A stretch of DNA of 64,000 nucleotides. It comes from a virus. Position numbers and translations under genes: made by a program. Location of the stretch: IMG/VR virus record IMGVR_UViG_3300045988_089178, one strand, 5' to 3'. Position 1 is the first letter of the stretch, and every line of letters begins with the position of its first letter. This document shows, in pieces, positions 60,495 to 64,000 of the stretch. The notes under the pieces are model-generated. The model was given only the letters and a program-made list of their open reading frames with translations. It was not told where the DNA came from and did not search any database.

Positions 60495-62246
60495 TTAAAA
60501 GTAATACTTCTATCTACTTATAATTTCATAATCTGTAATAATAATTTGTGGTGTCACACTACCGAAGTATCTATTTACTTCTGGTTTACCAATCAAATTT
60601 ATACTCACGCAACCTAATTCGCTAGATAAATCTTCTAGCTCCTCTTCGCTTGATTTAAACTTGATGCAAGTAACTCCATTTGGTAATTGAATCTTCAAAG
60701 TAGGATTCTTGTCTCGTGACATAAGACTAATCATGTCATTTGTTACTGCAACATTTTCTACCGCAATTAGCGGTTCGTCGATATTCTATCCCCAAAGATA
60801 CTTAGAATTGCCTAGTTCTAATATATCTTTAGAATTAATATCTGACATAGAGTAAATAAAATCTACCTTATAGCTTGGCGAAAATTCTATATCTTTTAAT
60901 TGATTGTCTGACCATGTAATAAAATCTTCAAAATCTTTTTCATAAATGCCAAAGCCAAAAGCATTTGCGTGCCCCTCAGCTAAAAAGACTAAATTTGAAT
61001 CTCTTACAAATTGTCTAAAATCATTTAATTTAGACTTTTCGTATCCTCTAGCTGATCCTTCCCAAGCATCTTGTTCATTGTTTACAGTCTTTGATAAGAG
61101 AATAACGGGGCGCTTATACTTACTCATTAATTCATTAGCAATTAAACCAGTAATACCTCTATCAACCTACATATCTTCTAGTTTAATTACTAAAAGTTTA
61201 TGCTATAATAGATTTTTTTCTTGAATAATATTCTCTATTTGTTCAACTTCGGCATCTCTAGTTCTAGTCTAACGATTCTTAACATTAGTGCAAACTCTTA
61301 ATGCTTGCTCTAATCTAGTTTCCTCTTGCCCTTTACATCCTCGTTTAGTAGAAGGAATAAGATCATATGCTTTCCATTCAAGCATACTTTCAAATAAAAT
61401 CTACTTTTCATCTTGAGTACCCATACGAGTAATGGCATTAACAAGAGGAACAATATAAAACGCTACTCCAATAGGAGATAAATCTCCTCTGCCTAACTAG
61501 TAAGCATTTTTATCAGCCATACCTTTAATAAAAGGATTGCGGAGACTTGACCTCTGTAGCCCCTATTGAATAAGATAATGAGTTTCAAAATCTCTAATAT
61601 CCATCATATCTCCTACAAGACCGGTGGCTACAATATCAAGGTAATTGTCCGCATAGGCAGTTCCGCAAATACTATCCATATACTAACACAATTTATAAAC
61701 TACTCCTACACCAGATAACGATTTTGTTGGATAATCGCATAACTGATTATTAACAACACAGGCGTATTCAGATATTTTATCAGCTAAGTGATGGTCTATA
61801 ACTAATACATCAATTCCGCGATTAGCCAATTCTTCATGCTCTTGATAGTCGTTAGAGCTTGAATCCGGTGCAATAACAAGAGAAATATTATCGGGGATTA
61901 ATTCTGGTTTTATTCCATGAATTTTACCAGAATGGAAGTTATAAACAAACTTGTTAATTGCAGAGGGAAACTGCGCATGAAGATAATTTAGCAATAATGC
62001 AGAAGAGGTGTAACCATCGCAGTCGCTATCTACCTAGACATAGATATAAGAATCGTCTTTTAAAATGTGCTTAATAATTAGCTTAGCAGCGCTTTCAATA
62101 TTATTAAGAAGTAAGGGAGATAAATTATCTTTTTCTGATACTGTTAAATAATGCTATATATCACCATATTTAATACCTCTATTAACTAATACCTACTCTA
62201 AAGCACTATAATCCTAATTTCTTGGGTTAATTAATGAATATTCCAA
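60495..62246 (-). CDS. RecJ-like DHH-family single-strand exonuclease, about 583 aa, about 13 in-frame TAG
   Basis: DHH motif I DSDCDGYTS and motif III VLVIDHH. Track ORFs 61683-61994, 60786-61127 and 60510-60734 lie in one frame that stays open from TTG 62246 (SD AAGGAGAG) to TAA 60495-60497 if TAG is sense. Confidence 0.55.
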
Positions 62247-62249
62247 TCT

Positions 62250-62534
62250 TTAATCACTCTCCTTATTATGTGATAATCCAGTTCCTTTGCAAGCTCTACA
62301 TTTTATATAGTCATTAAGATCGTTTGGATCTGGCCTATCATCTTCCGCGCAAGATCTAGATCTTAAAACATGACCAGTTCCGTTACAGTACTCACATGCT
62401 TGATTAATTTCTCTAAGTTTCTCTAAACTGTCAAAATAGGGTTGTATTCTCTTATTATAATCATCTGCTAATTTTCCTATTTCTTTTTCTATTGCTCTAA
62501 TAGCAGGCACTAGATTTAAAATCTCTTTACTCAT
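62250..62534 (-). CDS. hypothetical zinc-ribbon protein (two CxxC pairs)
   Basis: Intact track ORF; stop TAA. Confidence 0.45.
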   Translation of the reverse strand: MSKEILNLVPAIRAIEKEIGKLADDYNKRIQPYFDSLEKLREINQACEYCNGTGHVLRSRSCAEDDRPDPNDLNDYIKCRACKGTGLSHNKESD

Positions 62535-63630
62535 AAGGAATTATCCTTTCATTTAGTAACTCTTCAAAAATCTGCGGTCCCTTGTCTATAGGACTTGCTT
62601 TATATGGCAAAATCATTCGTTTATCAAAGATAGCAGATATGCGTACATTCTTACTATATTTGTTATATATATGAATTAACTTTGCTTTCAATCTTTTAAA
62701 TTCATCGTCGCTAATTTCGACAAATTGTCTATCAAAAGCAACTATGATTTCATTAACTCCTAAAGATTTGAGTAAATCTATATGATAACTAGATATACTA
62801 CTTCCACAACAAGCTACAGATATATCATTATCGTACCCATAGTAAGACTGATACATAAGACAACTCTTTTCAGATTCAAATATAATTGCAGCTTTTACTT
62901 TTCTTATATTCTCTTTGCTATGGTTTAAATTATATAAATTCATACTTAAAGGATGATTATATAATTGTCTGTTCACCATAAGAGGTCTATATTTTCCGTA
63001 TCTTTCTGCATCTTCAGAAGATAATGTTCTTCCCCTAATTCCTACTAATCTATTATTAATATCAAAGTGAGGAATTGTTATTTGTCCTCCTCCCGGATAA
63101 TACCCAATAAAATTTCTTTTACTAACTTCGGGTAAGATTCCTTCTGCTTCCCATCCAGCAATTCTAGGATAAGAAAATCGAGTAAGAATAATCGGATTAT
63201 ATTCCTTCAAGCAAATAGGCTGTTTAGGTTTTGGTAACTGAATATTATGTCTTTTAAAGATATCCCAATCTTCTAATTCTTTTTCTTCATCTTCTAGTTC
63301 TATTCCATCAAAACCAAAATATCCAGCTATATAATCCATAGCATTATATAGTTCCCACTTTTTACCTTCTTGCTTTTTTTTAACCTTTATACATAAATCA
63401 AATATATCAAAAGTAGGATCTATACATCCAGTATAACATCTAAAAAGTTTTGTATTTTCGTAATAATATAACTTTCTTGATCCCTCTCCTGGAAGATTAT
63501 GACATATAGTTTGGGAGATGAGCCCACCATCTACATATTCAGGCTCACCGCCCCATGCTTCAATTAAATCATAAATTTGTTCTAACTCTAATTTTCCTTT
63601 TAGTTCATCTTTATCATAATAGCGTGACAT
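62527..63630 (-). CDS. DNA primase (zinc-binding CHNL...CYTGC plus Toprim-like region), no TAG
   Basis: Intact 367-aa track ORF; position adjacent to the helicase/RecJ/polymerase genes. Confidence 0.55.
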   Translation of the reverse strand: MSRYYDKDELKGKLELEQIYDLIEAWGGEPEYVDGGLISQTICHNLPGEGSRKLYYYENTKLFRCYTGCIDPTFDIFDLCIKVKKKQEGKKWELYNAMDYIAGYFGFDGIELEDEEKELEDWDIFKRHNIQLPKPKQPICLKEYNPIILTRFSYPRIAGWEAEGILPEVSKRNFIGYYPGGGQITIPHFDINNRLVGIRGRTLSSEDAERYGKYRPLMVNRQLYNHPLSMNLYNLNHSKENIRKVKAAIIFESEKSCLMYQSYYGYDNDISVACCGSSISSYHIDLLKSLGVNEIIVAFDRQFVEISDDEFKRLKAKLIHIYNKYSKNVRISAIFDKRMILPYKASPIDKGPQIFEELLNERIIPYE

Positions 63631-63632
63631 AA

Positions 63633-63854
63633 TTAAGCATCATATATGGAAATATTTGTTACAGTTCCTTTAAGACCAAATTGCTCATTAATTACTTTTG
63701 CAACATAATCTTTAGGATTTTGTTTCTTCTCCGTCTCGCTTCTATCGGCAAGCATAGCATTAAACATTTTTTTACTCATACGATACTCTAAAGATTGATT
63801 GTTTTTCATATTAATTCCTCCAAAATTATTTTTCCCATGCCGCGGGACCTTCAT
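63633..63854 (-). CDS. hypothetical protein
   Basis: Intact track ORF. Confidence 0.45.
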   Translation of the reverse strand: MKVPRHGKNNFGGINMKNNQSLEYRMSKKMFNAMLADRSETEKKQNPKDYVAKVINEQFGLKGTVTNISIYDA

Positions 63855-64000
63855 CTACAATTACTCTAATATCTTCAATACTAATCATTTCATGTCTCCA
63901 ATTAGTACAGAATTGTGGTAATATACGACAAGTGCCTAAATTTGCTGAACACCATAGATAAACTCCCTTATATGATCCTCGTCTATTCTTATAAATAGAT

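Overview
The whole 64 kb window is tailed-phage (or prophage-internal) DNA. It is AT-rich, has strong AGGAGG-type ribosome-binding sites, and contains no host genes, tRNA or CRISPR array that I could find.

Layout:
(i) + strand packaging/head/tail module, 1-38.2 kb: a 5'-truncated gene, a TerS-like gene, TerL, a DUF559-like endonuclease, portal, a protease-scaffold fusion, a decoration-like protein, a lambda-gpE-like major capsid protein, connector/tail genes, a ~2900-codon tape measure, and large distal-tail/baseplate/fibre proteins.
(ii) A convergent - strand block, 38.3-43.4 kb, carrying a complete diversity-generating retroelement (DGR): target gene with VR, avd, TR, RT.
(iii) A second + strand block, 43.7-48.0 kb: tail fibres, a small serine recombinase, an LL-H-like holin and small proteins.
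(iv) A - strand replication and nucleotide-metabolism block, 48.0-64 kb: RuvC-like, dUTPase, NrdG/NrdD, GMP-kinase-like, DnaE-type Pol III alpha, Dda/RecD-like helicase, secreted lysozyme-like protein, RecJ-like DHH exonuclease, primase.

The supplied standard-code ORF track is heavily fragmented because TAG is used as a sense codon. It is most probably Gln, by analogy with other amber-recoded phages, but the amino-acid identity cannot be proven from the sequence. Every gene terminus I could verify is TAA or TGA. Each apparent TAG terminus continues in frame to a TAA or TGA, often landing on an ATGA/TAATG overlap with the next gene. TAG density differs greatly between genes: about 7% of codons in the tape measure, zero to one in DnaE, NrdD, primase, dut and several abundant structural genes.

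The most notable system is the DGR. Its template and variable repeats differ only at template adenines, and its RT, Avd and target gene all need amber read-through to be made full length.
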